NCBI GenBank assembly: GCA_002771585.1
Contig: PCTT01000044.1
Location: 1-34,737 of the forward strand
Length of the DNA: 34,737 nt
Direction: 5' to 3'
Source: Candidatus Campbellbacteria bacterium CG22_combo_CG10-13_8_21_14_all_36_13
GTDB lineage: Bacteria > Patescibacteriota > Minisyncoccia > Phycocordibacterales > PCTT01
The notes beneath the pieces are model-generated. The model saw nothing but the letters and a program-made list of their open reading frames with translations. It was not told the origin of the DNA and searched no databases. Both the position numbers and the translations under genes were made by a program. This document shows, piece by piece, positions 20,397 to 30,313 of this stretch; the first letter of the stretch is position 1, and each line of letters starts with the position of its first letter.

Positions 20397-21096
20397 CTCC
20401 AAACCTGTATTTAAACATATCTTTTATTGTATGCACTATAACACTCGGTTTTGAGCCGCTTGCCAACCCCTGTTCCCTTATATAATGCGTAACGGGAAAA
20501 TGACTCACCACAAAGCCTCCTTTTTTGGCCTTCAAAATCATTTCTGCATCGATAAATGCGCTGTTACTTTTTATAATAATAGTATCAAGTACATTTCTTT
20601 TATAAATTTTCATAGAACAATTAATGTCTTTTGTATAAGTTAAAAAAAGAATTGTAATCAGTGTATTAAAACAAAAAGATTGAAACTTCCTAGAAAATGA
20701 AACTGCCTTTTTTGTTACATACCCACTAATAATGTCAGCATTATCAAGCAAGTGTAGGTTTGGAATAAATTCAAATACATCATACTGATGGTCTCCATCT
20801 GTATACATAACATAATCATATTTACTCTCCAAAAAACCAGTTTTTAGTGCACCACCATATCCTCTATTTTTTATATGATGGATTACACGCGTATATGAAT
20901 AATGTTTAGCCAGATCATCAGCTACTTCACCGGTCCTGTCTGGGCTACCGTCTTCCACAATAATGATTTCAAAAATATCGGTAATGCTTGAAAGTAGTTC
21001 GTGTACTTTCGGTATCAAAACTGGTAAATTTTTTTCATCATAATATGCGGGGCAAAAGAAAGAAACGCTAGATAATTTTTTTATTGGTTTATTCAT
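20389..21096 (-). CDS. GT2 polyprenol-phosphate glycosyltransferase (DPM1-like)
   Basis: PAYYDE, VEDGSPDRT, NRGYGGALKTG and TDGDHQYD. Confidence 0.87.
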   Translation of the reverse strand: MNKPIKKLSSVSFFCPAYYDEKNLPVLIPKVHELLSSITDIFEIIIVEDGSPDRTGEVADDLAKHYSYTRVIHHIKNRGYGGALKTGFLESKYDYVMYTDGDHQYDVFEFIPNLHLLDNADIISGYVTKKAVSFSRKFQSFCFNTLITILFLTYTKDINCSMKIYKRNVLDTIIIKSNSAFIDAEMILKAKKGGFVVSHFPVTHYIREQGLASGSKPSVIVHTIKDMFKYRFGVL

Positions 21097-21809
21097 TATT
21101 TTCCTCCCTTAAGCCAAAAACCAATAATTTTTCTTATTATTATAAAACCATGTCTATAACTAATCTTTTTACCGGCATCTTTATCTCTAGGATCGTAAGA
21201 AACAGGAACCTCTCTCACCTCATAACCATCTCGAAGTAATGAACAAAGAAAAAGCATCTCTGAATCAAAGCCTCCAGCCTTAAAATTTCCAAATGTTTTT
21301 CTAGGAAATAGCTTGTATCCCATCAAAGTATCTGTGAGAGAGCTTCCGTATAAAATATTTATAAGTTTTGTTATTGAAAGAGAACCAAGTCTTGGTATAA
21401 GCTTACTCTTGTGTGTATCCAAACCAAGCTCTCTTGAACCCATAACAGCAACCTTATCCTCAATGGAGACATCATCCAGCGCTTCAAGCAATAAAGGGAT
21501 TTCCTCTGGAGAACATTCTAAATCAGCATCCTGTATGATTGCAAAATCTCCAAGAGCCACATCAAGTCCAGCCCTTACAGCACCACCCTTACCAGAATTT
21601 TTTTCTTGATTTAGTACAGTTGCAACAGACTTGAAATTATTTAAAACTTCCTTGGTTCCATCGCTAGATCCATCGTTTACAACAATTATTTCAACATCCC
21701 AATTAACAAAAGGAACTGATAGTAGGCGTTCAACCACAGACCCCACTGTTTTTTCCTCATTAAAGGCTGGGACAATTATTGATAATTTTTTCTTATTTAT
21801 AACAAACAT
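21096..21809 (-). CDS. GT2 polyprenol-phosphate glycosyltransferase (DPM/DPG-like)
   Basis: SIIVPAFNEE, VNDGSSDGT, NSGKGGAV, IQDADLE and Y.PR...GKKI. Confidence 0.88.
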   Translation of the reverse strand: MFVINKKKLSIIVPAFNEEKTVGSVVERLLSVPFVNWDVEIIVVNDGSSDGTKEVLNNFKSVATVLNQEKNSGKGGAVRAGLDVALGDFAIIQDADLECSPEEIPLLLEALDDVSIEDKVAVMGSRELGLDTHKSKLIPRLGSLSITKLINILYGSSLTDTLMGYKLFPRKTFGNFKAGGFDSEMLFLCSLLRDGYEVREVPVSYDPRDKDAGKKISYRHGFIIIRKIIGFWLKGGK

Positions 21810-21811
21810 AA

Positions 21812-22276
21812 TTAAACTTCTATCTTTTGATTAAATATTATGAAACGATACACCAACAGGCTCCAGACTGCAATAAAACCAGCTGAAATAACTTGAGCAA
21901 TTACAGGTGTCAAATGTATATACTCAACCATTACAAAAACCATTACTCCATTTGCAATAATATTTACAAATGCAATAATCACATACTGTAATATCTGTAT
22001 CGATATTTCATCTTTAGACTTATCTTGAAATGTTATATATTTTTGTGCCAAAAAACTAACAACAACGGCAATCACAAATGCTAGTGTTGACGAAGCTATA
22101 TACCACCAATTAAAATATGTTTCAAAAATATATAATAACCCAACATTGGTTGTAAATGATAATCCGCCAGCAAAAAGATACCGTATCAATAAAAATACTC
22201 TTCCTCTGTCTAGGTGATATGATTGGCTACGTATTATATGAACCGCTCTGTTTATTTTATCTTTTACAACCGGCAT
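21812..22276 (-). CDS. GtrA family flippase-like protein
   Basis: Four hydrophobic segments with RYLFAGG, QKYITF and YRFIIF. Adjacent to DPM-like GT2 genes. Confidence 0.82.
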   Translation of the reverse strand: MPVVKDKINRAVHIIRSQSYHLDRGRVFLLIRYLFAGGLSFTTNVGLLYIFETYFNWWYIASSTLAFVIAVVVSFLAQKYITFQDKSKDEISIQILQYVIIAFVNIIANGVMVFVMVEYIHLTPVIAQVISAGFIAVWSLLVYRFIIFNQKIEV

Positions 22277-23398
22277 TTATTCTAAAAAATTAAGTATCTT
22301 TTCTCCATATTTATTCCAAGTATAACCCAAAACATCCTTTCGAGCTTGTTCTGCTTTGAGTATTGCTACTTCTTTGTTAACAAGGGTTGATAATATGGCA
22401 TCCGTCATATCCTTAGGATCATCTGTTCGAATTAAAATAGCGTTGTCTTTGTTTAAAACCTCACGTATGGACGGTAAATCAGACGCTATTACTGGAACAC
22501 CAGATGCCATGTATTCAAACATTTTTATTGGTGATGTATATAGAACAGATTCTTCACTGTCTTTTGTATTAGGTAAGAGCAATACATTAGCCGAACTCAT
22601 ATATGAAGATATTTCTTTTTTAGAAACATGACCTATAAATAATATGTTTTTAAGGTCTTTTATTTTTTCTTTATAAATCTCAATGTCTTCTTCATTCCCG
22701 CCAACTATAACAAAAAGAATATCAGTATTATTTTTTAGAATACGTGCAGATTCCACAACAACATCAATTCCCTTCCATTTATAAAGATGACCAACATACA
22801 TTGCGATATTCTTTTTATCGTCTGTTGTTAACTTTTCCCTTATGCTTTTATCAAAATCATCAAAATCTTCAACATCAACACCGTTATGTATGACTGTGGT
22901 TTTTTTAAACCCTGCATTAAATAATGCGTCTTGTGTGCCTTTAGAATTACAAATAATAGGTGTATTTTTTGAAATCAATTTTGAGAACAATCCCTTTAGA
23001 TATGACCAATTATGTGCGTTGTATACAACACTCTTTCCTCTTAGACGGAAAAGAAATACGGTAAATAAATCCCGTGTAATTATTGTGGTGTTTTTATCAA
23101 CTTTCCTCATTAATAAATAAAAAGAAAACAAGAGAGTTTGTAAATAAAAAACAATAGAGCCTATATGTTTACTAAATCTTACAACATCAAAGCATGGTAT
23201 TTCTATTATGTTGAAATTCTCTTCTAGCCCATAATACTCAAAAGCTGTTTCCTTTATCTCGTTTTTTCTATAAGGAATCCACAATTCTACATCCACACCA
23301 GACCTGGCCAAAACTTCACATGTTTTAGTGATTTGAAAGCCGTGGGCTTTTCTTGTAGGTATTCTAGTGTTAACTATGTATATGATTTTCATTTTCAT
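22277..23398 (-). CDS. Glycosyltransferase family 4
   Basis: HNGVD, YVGHLYKWKG and SPIKMFEYMASGVPVIASDLP. Confidence 0.9.
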   Translation of the reverse strand: MKMKIIYIVNTRIPTRKAHGFQITKTCEVLARSGVDVELWIPYRKNEIKETAFEYYGLEENFNIIEIPCFDVVRFSKHIGSIVFYLQTLLFSFYLLMRKVDKNTTIITRDLFTVFLFRLRGKSVVYNAHNWSYLKGLFSKLISKNTPIICNSKGTQDALFNAGFKKTTVIHNGVDVEDFDDFDKSIREKLTTDDKKNIAMYVGHLYKWKGIDVVVESARILKNNTDILFVIVGGNEEDIEIYKEKIKDLKNILFIGHVSKKEISSYMSSANVLLLPNTKDSEESVLYTSPIKMFEYMASGVPVIASDLPSIREVLNKDNAILIRTDDPKDMTDAILSTLVNKEVAILKAEQARKDVLGYTWNKYGEKILNFLE

Positions 23399-24761
23399 CT
23401 TTATTGGTAGATTCTATAAACCCTATCAAAGGATACAAAGCCACTGATAGGATAATTGGGTTAACTGGCATTCTAAACCTACTGTTTACAGTAAGACCGT
23501 TTGAGGGTGTGGTTACAACAAAGTAAAGCACTGTCACGAGAGCAAATACGACAGGAGCTGTCATCTTCTTCTTATGCCAAAGTAAATATATACCAAACAA
23601 AAACATGAGTGTTACAATACCCCAGAATATTCTCATCAAAAGTACTAATACAAAGGGTGATTTGACGTGAACCCAAACAGTTTTTAAGAATTCTTTTGGT
23701 GTATCCATCAACAAAGTTATAGCTGGTTTTGAAAGCGATTCTTTTGGCGTAAACCCAGCATATTGCAACACAGACAACATGCCGTCATGTGTAAAAAAAG
23801 TAAAAACATTTATAGCAGACACTTTTAGTAAAGATAAGGGGTATTTTTTTAAAACATCAAATGCTTCTTTGTTAAATTCTGGCGCCGTGTGAACAGTCAA
23901 TTTACTTACATCAATATTTCTATCACTTATAAATAACTTTCTTGCTTCATTAAAGCTAACACCGTTCTCTATAGACAACACAGACGGTACAAGCGTTACG
24001 TATAAATTGAGACTTGGCATAATAGTCATCCCGGGCACACCAAATACTTTATAGTTTCTATACAACCATGGTGATAAAACTACAACAAAAATACTAAGGA
24101 ATAACCCTATGTGTAAAAATGTTTTTTTCAACCCAATTCTTTTTCTAAAAAACCACCACATAACAGGTATTAAAAATATGGGATAAAATTGCACAACCGT
24201 TTTTATTAAAGATGATGCTCCTAATATAATAGAGAAAATTATTAGATACTTGATATTTAAGTTCTCTATATATTCCATAAATACAAGACAAGCAAGTAAA
24301 AATAAGAAAATAAAAAGAGTCTCTGTAAAAAATATAAAAGAAAAGAATACAAAGTTGGGTTCTATCGCAATAAAAAATCCTACAAATTTTGATATTTTGT
24401 CAGAATCTATTATTTTTTTAGACAACCTTAAAGCTAGTATCGGTATAAACGCACCTATAATTATTTGCATAACAACAGCAAAAATATAGCCATTAAACAA
24501 AAACAAAGAGAGTGCCAAGAAAAGTGGGTAAAGTGGAACATGTATTGGACTTGGTGATAACCCGTCTATAGAAAAACCATTACCATGGTATAGGTTCTGA
24601 CTAACTTCATAATACCAATCAGATCCATATATGGTTTTATCAAAATCACCATTATTTGCATCTAAATTAATATAAAAAAGAAAAATCCTTACAACAAGAG
24701 CGACGGCAAAAATTATTATCTCTAATTTATGTGTTTTTATAAAGTTTTTTATTTCGTTCAT
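23370..24761 (-). CDS. ArnT/PMT-like (GT-C) membrane glycosyltransferase
   Basis: D..Y..S.NL..G.GFS, PLYPLFL, TETLF, PWLYRNY and RFRMP, with many hydrophobic segments. Confidence 0.78.
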   Translation of the reverse strand: MNEIKNFIKTHKLEIIIFAVALVVRIFLFYINLDANNGDFDKTIYGSDWYYEVSQNLYHGNGFSIDGLSPSPIHVPLYPLFLALSLFLFNGYIFAVVMQIIIGAFIPILALRLSKKIIDSDKISKFVGFFIAIEPNFVFFSFIFFTETLFIFLFLLACLVFMEYIENLNIKYLIIFSIILGASSLIKTVVQFYPIFLIPVMWWFFRKRIGLKKTFLHIGLFLSIFVVVLSPWLYRNYKVFGVPGMTIMPSLNLYVTLVPSVLSIENGVSFNEARKLFISDRNIDVSKLTVHTAPEFNKEAFDVLKKYPLSLLKVSAINVFTFFTHDGMLSVLQYAGFTPKESLSKPAITLLMDTPKEFLKTVWVHVKSPFVLVLLMRIFWGIVTLMFLFGIYLLWHKKKMTAPVVFALVTVLYFVVTTPSNGLTVNSRFRMPVNPIILSVALYPLIGFIESTNKDENENHIHS

Positions 24762-25372
24762 TTTTCTAAAATAAAAAAGTGATGATAATTTGATTGAAAT
24801 GGCACGTAATCATTCTTAACAACGAAGTGTTTACTTAGGATCTCTTTGATCTTTTGTACAGAATAATCTTTTTTACCAATTTCCCAATAATGCTCACCAT
24901 TAAATGTGTGTACAGGATGATAAGGTATCTTACAAGCAAACCTTATTTCTTTTAAAAAAGGAACCTTTACAGAAAACTTAATCATTGGGCCAAAATGAGG
25001 GAGACTTATTATTACATATTTTTTTGAAACTCTTTTCATTTCGGATAATGCTGTCTCAAAGCTTTCAAATGGTATGTGCTCGAGCACTTCAAAGGCACAA
25101 GCAATATCAAATGAATTATCTTCAAATGGAAGCTGTAAAACGCTACCAACAACATCAGGATTGAGGTCTTCTGCTATATCTACACTTGTATATTGTGTAT
25201 CAGTATTTGTTTTTAAATAATTACCCAGGACGTTATCGCCAACACCAATCTCTAAAACATTGCCTGGTTTTAGTTTCAAAAGCTCATCAACTTGGTGAAA
25301 ATAACTACTCCATCTTTCTGGATATCCGTATGTTTGAAAATCATAATGTTTTTTATCTACTTGTTTTTCCAT
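24758..25372 (-). CDS. Class I SAM-dependent methyltransferase (Methyltransf_11)
   Basis: [21 protein letters not shown] and HYWEIGK. Confidence 0.87.
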   Translation of the reverse strand: MEKQVDKKHYDFQTYGYPERWSSYFHQVDELLKLKPGNVLEIGVGDNVLGNYLKTNTDTQYTSVDIAEDLNPDVVGSVLQLPFEDNSFDIACAFEVLEHIPFESFETALSEMKRVSKKYVIISLPHFGPMIKFSVKVPFLKEIRFACKIPYHPVHTFNGEHYWEIGKKDYSVQKIKEILSKHFVVKNDYVPFQSNYHHFFILEK

Positions 25373-25374
25373 GT

Positions 25375-26427
25375 CTATTTTTTATAACTAAGAATATCAA
25401 CAATATTTTTTATTAAAATACTTACATTAAATTTTGCTTTTGTTGTATTAATCAAAAATTGTCTAATATCATTAACATTATCCTGTTTCATGAAATTAAT
25501 AATTTTATTTGCCAACTCAGTCGAATCACCAAATTTAAAATGAAGTAAGTCAGAATACTCACCAAAATATTCTACAAAAGCTTCATTGCTAGTAAAAGGA
25601 ACCACTCCACAAGCCATTGCTTCTATCACAACTTTATCTACACCGCCTGTTGGTAATGGGTTGATAGTAATATCTGCACGACAATACTTTTCTTTTATTT
25701 TGTGATTTGGAAAACTTCCATCAAAACTAATTTCATCTTCTAAAGAGTATTTATTAATTAATTCTTTTGTCTGATCCAAATAAATATAATCTGGTTTTGT
25801 TATTGGATCTCCTATAAAAGATACTTCGAATAAAATGCCTTTTTCTTTGAGAATACGACAAGCTTCTACAATATATTTTGCGCCTTTAATCTCACTTATT
25901 CTACCAACAACTAAAATCTTCAGTCTTTCTTTTAATGGCTCTCTATGATCACAAGCCAGACTTCCTACATCTATGCCGTGACCCATTACATGTAGTTTAT
26001 TAGTTTTGATCTTAAAACTCGCGCCTGAAGCAGAAAAAATAACATGAACCAATTTCTCAGCAATCCTTAAAGAGGTCGTGACTGATTTGTGCGTATACCA
26101 AAGTGAAATTCTTTTACCCATAATGCGCCAAAAAATTCCACCCAAAATTACATAAACCTGATTCATGTGGACAAAAACAGAATCGTAATCATTACGAAAT
26201 TTAAATATATATTTATAAAAACGATATATATATTCTAGTCTTGAAACACCCTCTTCTTTACCAAGAGAATATACTTGTACATTTTTAGGAAGATCACACT
26301 CGCCTTTTTCCAAACAAATCACTGTGAGCTTTTCTGTATGTTTTGCAAATTCTTCAACCCAGCGATGAAAAAACCCGAGTATTGGATCATTTCTATCCAT
26401 CTTCTGTGTGATAATCAAAAGTCTCAT
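25375..26427 (-). CDS. Glycosyltransferase family 4
   Basis: [14 protein letters not shown] and [11 protein letters not shown]. Confidence 0.88.
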   Translation of the reverse strand: MRLLIITQKMDRNDPILGFFHRWVEEFAKHTEKLTVICLEKGECDLPKNVQVYSLGKEEGVSRLEYIYRFYKYIFKFRNDYDSVFVHMNQVYVILGGIFWRIMGKRISLWYTHKSVTTSLRIAEKLVHVIFSASGASFKIKTNKLHVMGHGIDVGSLACDHREPLKERLKILVVGRISEIKGAKYIVEACRILKEKGILFEVSFIGDPITKPDYIYLDQTKELINKYSLEDEISFDGSFPNHKIKEKYCRADITINPLPTGGVDKVVIEAMACGVVPFTSNEAFVEYFGEYSDLLHFKFGDSTELANKIINFMKQDNVNDIRQFLINTTKAKFNVSILIKNIVDILSYKK

Positions 26428-27644
26428 TATTTCTTTACTAAATCATTCCACCCGTCAACAATATCTTTGTAATATTGCTCTTTTGTGGATACTTGCTCAA
26501 GAACCCGAGTATAGCACCTGAAACCCATTCCATGCACACCTACGTCATTAGACAAAAGACGGCTTAAGTATTCCTCAATACAGTCAGCGCGACCTATTTG
26601 GCAAACCATTGCATGCTGTGCGTGCACAAGAAGACCGCCAGAGCCAGCAATTCCTACGTCTGTTGTAACTATCGCCAATCTATTCAAAGACGCTTCTATC
26701 AAAGACATTCCATATCCCTCATAAAGCGATGTGTTTAAGAAAATATCAGAGCCTTTGTAGTATGAGTTTAAGTCATCCTGCCAACCTTCGAAAATGACGT
26801 TAGCTGATAGCTTATAGCTTTTAGCTTTTAGTTCGAGCGCTCTGCGCTCACGACCGTCTCCAACAATTACAAGGCCGGTTTTAGGATAATTTTTTACAAC
26901 TTTGGCAAATGCTTTGATTGCGACATCAACTGCTTTTTCTTTTTCTAATCTTGAGGCAATAAGAACTATTTTTTCAAATTGTGGATATTTTGCTCGCAAA
27001 TCAAAATTCGCTGGAGTATTTTCTATTACGTCTGCGTCAACAAAAATTGGTAAGATCTTTGGTTCTGTTTTTAGTTTGTATACACTGCCGTAAATAGAAT
27101 CTTTAATTCTTTTGCTCACAACCCTTATACCGTCTGCATATGGTATTACTCTCCTTGATATACGAAGACGACTTTTGTTTAAAAAACCTTTCTTAAAATA
27201 TGGACTAAGAAAATCTGTATGAATTTGTACCTGAAGCGGTATTTTAAAAGCTTTTGATAGTTTACTACCCACCAAACCACATTCAAAAGGGTCCTGACAA
27301 GTAATAACAAAGGCATTAGGAGTTAGCTTATAGCTTTTAGAGCCCAAAATACGATGACCAAGTTTTATAGCATCATGTATGTATAGCCAGCGACTGAAAG
27401 AATTTGTCGGATACAAAAAAACATTTTCTGAAACCTGAAACCTCGCACCTGAAACCTTGTGTTTTCTCGTAGAGAAAACAATTACATGTAATTCATTAAG
27501 TAGACCAGCATATCCAATAGCACGAGCTCTTACAGCACTTCCTTCTTCAAAAATCTTCCTATCTGTAGAAATCATCAGGACGCGAAGGCCCTGCTTAGTC
27601 TGTGCATCTACACTATCTTCTTTTGTTATATTTTGTTGGAACAT
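26427..27644 (-). CDS. Glycosyltransferase family 4
   Basis: SRLEKEK, VIVGDG and SLYEGYGMSLIEA...IVTTDVG. Confidence 0.88.
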   Translation of the reverse strand: MFQQNITKEDSVDAQTKQGLRVLMISTDRKIFEEGSAVRARAIGYAGLLNELHVIVFSTRKHKVSGARFQVSENVFLYPTNSFSRWLYIHDAIKLGHRILGSKSYKLTPNAFVITCQDPFECGLVGSKLSKAFKIPLQVQIHTDFLSPYFKKGFLNKSRLRISRRVIPYADGIRVVSKRIKDSIYGSVYKLKTEPKILPIFVDADVIENTPANFDLRAKYPQFEKIVLIASRLEKEKAVDVAIKAFAKVVKNYPKTGLVIVGDGRERRALELKAKSYKLSANVIFEGWQDDLNSYYKGSDIFLNTSLYEGYGMSLIEASLNRLAIVTTDVGIAGSGGLLVHAQHAMVCQIGRADCIEEYLSRLLSNDVGVHGMGFRCYTRVLEQVSTKEQYYKDIVDGWNDLVKK

Positions 27645-27693
27645 GTTATGTTTATAAATTTTGAATTTAAAATTTTGAATTTCGATTCAATGT

Positions 27694-28059
27694 TTAATTT
27701 TTTAATGTTGAAACAATCTTACCAAAAATAAGGGTGAGCTCCTGACACTCTTTCCAAAGTGCTCTAGTCTCGTTTCCATTACCTGAAATAGCCGTATTCA
27801 ACATCCTGAGCCAATGCTTGGTCTCCTGGGCTTCCTTTTTACAAATATGTATCTTATTCCTAAAATCCTTCTTTGAACTCGCCCCATTAGCTTCCATATA
27901 GTTAGCTCCTATACTTGTAGCGCTTCTAATTAATTGATTGATTATTGGTTTATTGATTGAATCCTGTTTTAAACCTTTGCAAAAGATAATAACATTTTCG
28001 CCAAACTTTGCAGTTCTTTCTTCTAGATCATAATTCTTTTTGTTTTCTAATTCATTCAT
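27694..28059 (-). CDS. Four-helix-bundle protein (23S rRNA IVS-protein family)
   Basis: DLEERT..F, QLIRSATSIGANYMEA, S.KDF.NK..I.KKEA.ET.HWL and E.QEL..IF. ATG at 28057-28059. Confidence 0.9.
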   Translation of the reverse strand: MNELENKKNYDLEERTAKFGENVIIFCKGLKQDSINKPIINQLIRSATSIGANYMEANGASSKKDFRNKIHICKKEAQETKHWLRMLNTAISGNGNETRALWKECQELTLIFGKIVSTLKN

Positions 28060-28179
28060 CCCGTTTAGAGGCAAGTCGTGATCATAGCAACACCCTTGAT
28101 TATTTTTTTATAAATTTTGTTTCGGCTTGTCTCCATTACATTATTTCTATTTTAATCGTGACCCCGACCTCTAACGGGA
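28059..28179. mobile_element. Element A: 121-bp MITE-like hairpin with TCCCGTT(T)AGAG/CTCTAACGGGA ends
   Basis: Terminal inverted repeats, flanked by a direct TTCA duplication (28055-58, 28180-83). Ends on the four-helix-bundle ATG. Confidence 0.75.
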
Positions 28180-28237
28180 TTCATTTGAAATTGATTAAAA
28201 ATTCGAAATTCGAAATTTAAAATTCTGTTGATATTGC

Positions 28238-28267
28238 TTGACATTTCCCCATCTATTTTGTTATACT
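28238..28267 (+). promoter_or_regulatory. Sigma70-type promoter pointing into the NYN gene 3' end
   Basis: TTGACA (28238-43), 18-nt spacer containing TG, then TATACT (28262-67). Confidence 0.65.
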
Positions 28268-28273
28268 TCTAAA

Positions 28274-28334
28274 CATCACGAACAGAAAGATCACCCTGAT
28301 GAGGTTTTGTCCTCATTGGGGCCTTTCTTTTTTT
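28274..28334 (+). ncRNA. Candidate ~60-nt cis-antisense small RNA overlapping the NYN 3' end
   Basis: Follows the promoter. Hairpin AGAAAG..CCCTGATGAGG-TTTTGT-CCTCATTGGGG.CTTTCT is followed by a T-run. Confidence 0.42.
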
Positions 28335-28827
28335 GGACCTTGTTTCTAATATCTGCGACAAACCTTGTATACGATATAAAATCTTTCCGTTTCAAGAGTC
28401 CAGAATATTTTTTGTGATTAGGTGCCATAAATGCACGCAATTTGTTGTTTTCTAAAAGAAATTCAATAAGACAATGAAAATCACCATCACCTGTCACAAT
28501 GAGTGCCCTATCAAAATCAGAAAAATGAATCATTGTATGTAAGACAAGCTCAGCATCAACATTTCCCTTTACTTTCCCATCTGGTAATTCTAGCGTTGGT
28601 TTAAATATACAAATGTATCCTGCCTCTTGAAGGTATTTATATAACCTTTCGTTTCCTTTTACATATCCAATAAAGAGAAATGCTTTTCTTATATCATATT
28701 TATCTCTGAGATAAACTCTAAACCGAACAAAATCAAGTTCCCATTTTTGATCAAGTACCCCAAGATTTAAATTCTGGCTATCTATGAATGCATAATTATT
28801 TTCCTTTTTTTCTTTATTTTTCTGCAT
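28291..28827 (-). CDS. NYN-domain (LabA/DUF88, PIN-like) protein
   Basis: AFIDSQNL, KGNVDAELV and IVTGDGDF acidic catalytic motifs. Confidence 0.88.
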   Translation of the reverse strand: MQKNKEKKENNYAFIDSQNLNLGVLDQKWELDFVRFRVYLRDKYDIRKAFLFIGYVKGNERLYKYLQEAGYICIFKPTLELPDGKVKGNVDAELVLHTMIHFSDFDRALIVTGDGDFHCLIEFLLENNKLRAFMAPNHKKYSGLLKRKDFISYTRFVADIRNKVQKKKGPNEDKTSSG

Positions 28828-28862
28828 TTGTATTTAATTGAATCTTTGTGTTCTAATAAAAA

Positions 28863-28966
28863 TTTTATAAACAAAAGGGGACAAGGGTTTACGGTACATT
28901 TACGGACTTCCTCAGTACCAACCTTTATCGGGGAGTCCTCCCCCTCACCCCCTTTTATTTACAAAA
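28863..28966 (-). other. 104-bp structured element upstream of the NYN gene
   Basis: 18-bp terminal stem TTTTATAAACAAAAGGGG/CCCCTTTTATTTACAAAA. Both mismatches are G.U pairs on the minus strand. Inner stems GGTAC/GTACC and GGGGAG/CTCCCC. Confidence 0.55.
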
Positions 28967-29015
28967 TAATATATTCATATTTTTGTTTTGCCTTCTAAAT
29001 TATAGTTCATAGTCA

Positions 29016-29072
29016 TTGAAAATTATGTAATTGAAAATTGATTGAAAATTGTAAATTGTAAATTGAAAATTC
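29016..29072. repeat. (TGWAAAT)n-type heptamer tract just after the GT4 stop codon
   Basis: ttgaaaattgattgaaaattgtaaattgtaaattgaaaattc. A similar tract lies at 30966-30996 after the epimerase stop. Confidence 0.75.
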
Positions 29073-29074
29073 GT

Positions 29075-30205
29075 CTATCTCCTCGTGCTTATCTTCTCAA
29101 AGATTTTCATATGCTGATCTGTTATTTCTGTCCAACCGCGCTCTACCTTTATCGAATCAAACTTTCTTACAAACTCATTATAATTTGTTTCATCAGCAAG
29201 ATATAGCATCTTTTCCGCAATATCTTCCACAAAGTGTGGGTCAATTTGAACGCTAAGTTCCGAGCTTTCTATTAAATAGTTTTCTTTTGTAAGCAAAATA
29301 GGAATACCTGTGGCAAGACATTCATAAAACTGCATTGGATAAATATCCGTCCAGCTTGGAAGCACCAAATACCGAGAGTCTTTAATGTAAGTATACATCT
29401 CCGAACGTCTCATTCTCGGTAAAAACTCAACCCTGTCTTCAATACCAAGCTCAAATACCAAATCGTGTATATCTTGCAAAATCGGACCATCACCAAGAAG
29501 CTTGAGTGTGTAGTCTTGTAAATCTGCCTTTGCAAAACCTCGTATTAAATTCTCGACATTTTTCATTACAATAAACCGCCCTGCAAAAACTATTTCTTTC
29601 TTTAAATCAGAACGATCTACTTTTGATATGTCGCTAGGGATTGGATTAAATATTGTATCGAGTTTTTCTGGTTTAAGGCCATAATACTCTTGAAACAGCT
29701 CTCTTTGTATTATGGAGTTAAATATTACCGTGTGTGCATGTCTAAAAACAAAACGTATTAAATAGAAAAATATTGGAAATTGTTTGTATATACCTTTTTC
29801 ATAAAATGCCTTAAGTGACATTGGCTCGCCTCCCATCAAAAGATATCGCTCCCATATATATCCACCACCAACTCTTACCACGTATTTTTGCCTTCTTATC
29901 ATAGAGGCAAAAGAAAGAGGCAGCCCGACAGTGAGCCAATCGAGCGTGTAAACCAAATCATAGTTTTTTACATTTTTCAAAAGAATGAAAAACATTCTTG
30001 TGTAGTTTGATAGCTTGTTGCTTCTCTGAACTCTCGTGAGTTTAAACGAATACTTTGAATCAAAATCATAAGACTTATTGTCTGACAGAGTTATTATGTC
30101 TACCTCAACACCACGAGAAACAAGCTCACGAGCCAGTTGTGGTGCGTAAGTGGCTGGACCTCCTGCGTCTGGCTCGAATATTCCACATGTAATCAATACC
30201 TTCAT
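29075..30205 (-). CDS. Glycosyltransferase family 4
   Basis: MKVLITCGIFEPDAGGPATY, FAGRF..KN, GDGP and ECLATGIP. ATG 30205 abuts element B. The alternative ATG 30277 lies inside the element. Confidence 0.87.
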   Translation of the reverse strand: MKVLITCGIFEPDAGGPATYAPQLARELVSRGVEVDIITLSDNKSYDFDSKYSFKLTRVQRSNKLSNYTRMFFILLKNVKNYDLVYTLDWLTVGLPLSFASMIRRQKYVVRVGGGYIWERYLLMGGEPMSLKAFYEKGIYKQFPIFFYLIRFVFRHAHTVIFNSIIQRELFQEYYGLKPEKLDTIFNPIPSDISKVDRSDLKKEIVFAGRFIVMKNVENLIRGFAKADLQDYTLKLLGDGPILQDIHDLVFELGIEDRVEFLPRMRRSEMYTYIKDSRYLVLPSWTDIYPMQFYECLATGIPILLTKENYLIESSELSVQIDPHFVEDIAEKMLYLADETNYNEFVRKFDSIKVERGWTEITDQHMKIFEKISTRR

Positions 30206-30313
30206 CCCGTTAGAGGTTTTTCGCGATGTATCTTTTGTATTTTGTAATATTTCTTTATTTTTTAAATCATCGTTCATAAAATGACTGTGTCAGCATCACG
30301 ACCTCTAACGGGA
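30205..30313. mobile_element. Element B: 109-bp MITE-like hairpin with TCCCGTTAGAGG/CCTCTAACGGGA ends
   Basis: Perfect 13-bp terminal inverted repeat extended past a 4-nt bulge. Ends on the GT4 ATG. Confidence 0.75.

Larger units (their letters stand above)
27657..28224. repeat. Heptamer-based (AATTTYR) imperfect inverted repeats flanking the four-helix-bundle gene
   Basis: Left AATTTTGAATTTAAAATTTTGAATTTCGA (~27657-27685); right AAAATTCGAAATTCGAAATTTAAAATT (~28198-28224). Confidence 0.65.

Noticed and set aside
27694..28059. 23S rRNA intervening sequence
   Set aside because: The protein family carries that name, but no rRNA sequence flanks this gene.
10519..28074. Extended starts in the ORF track (11619, 20402, 28074)
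   Set aside because: They overlap neighbouring genes or lie within element A. Downstream ATGs sit directly before the family N-terminal motifs.
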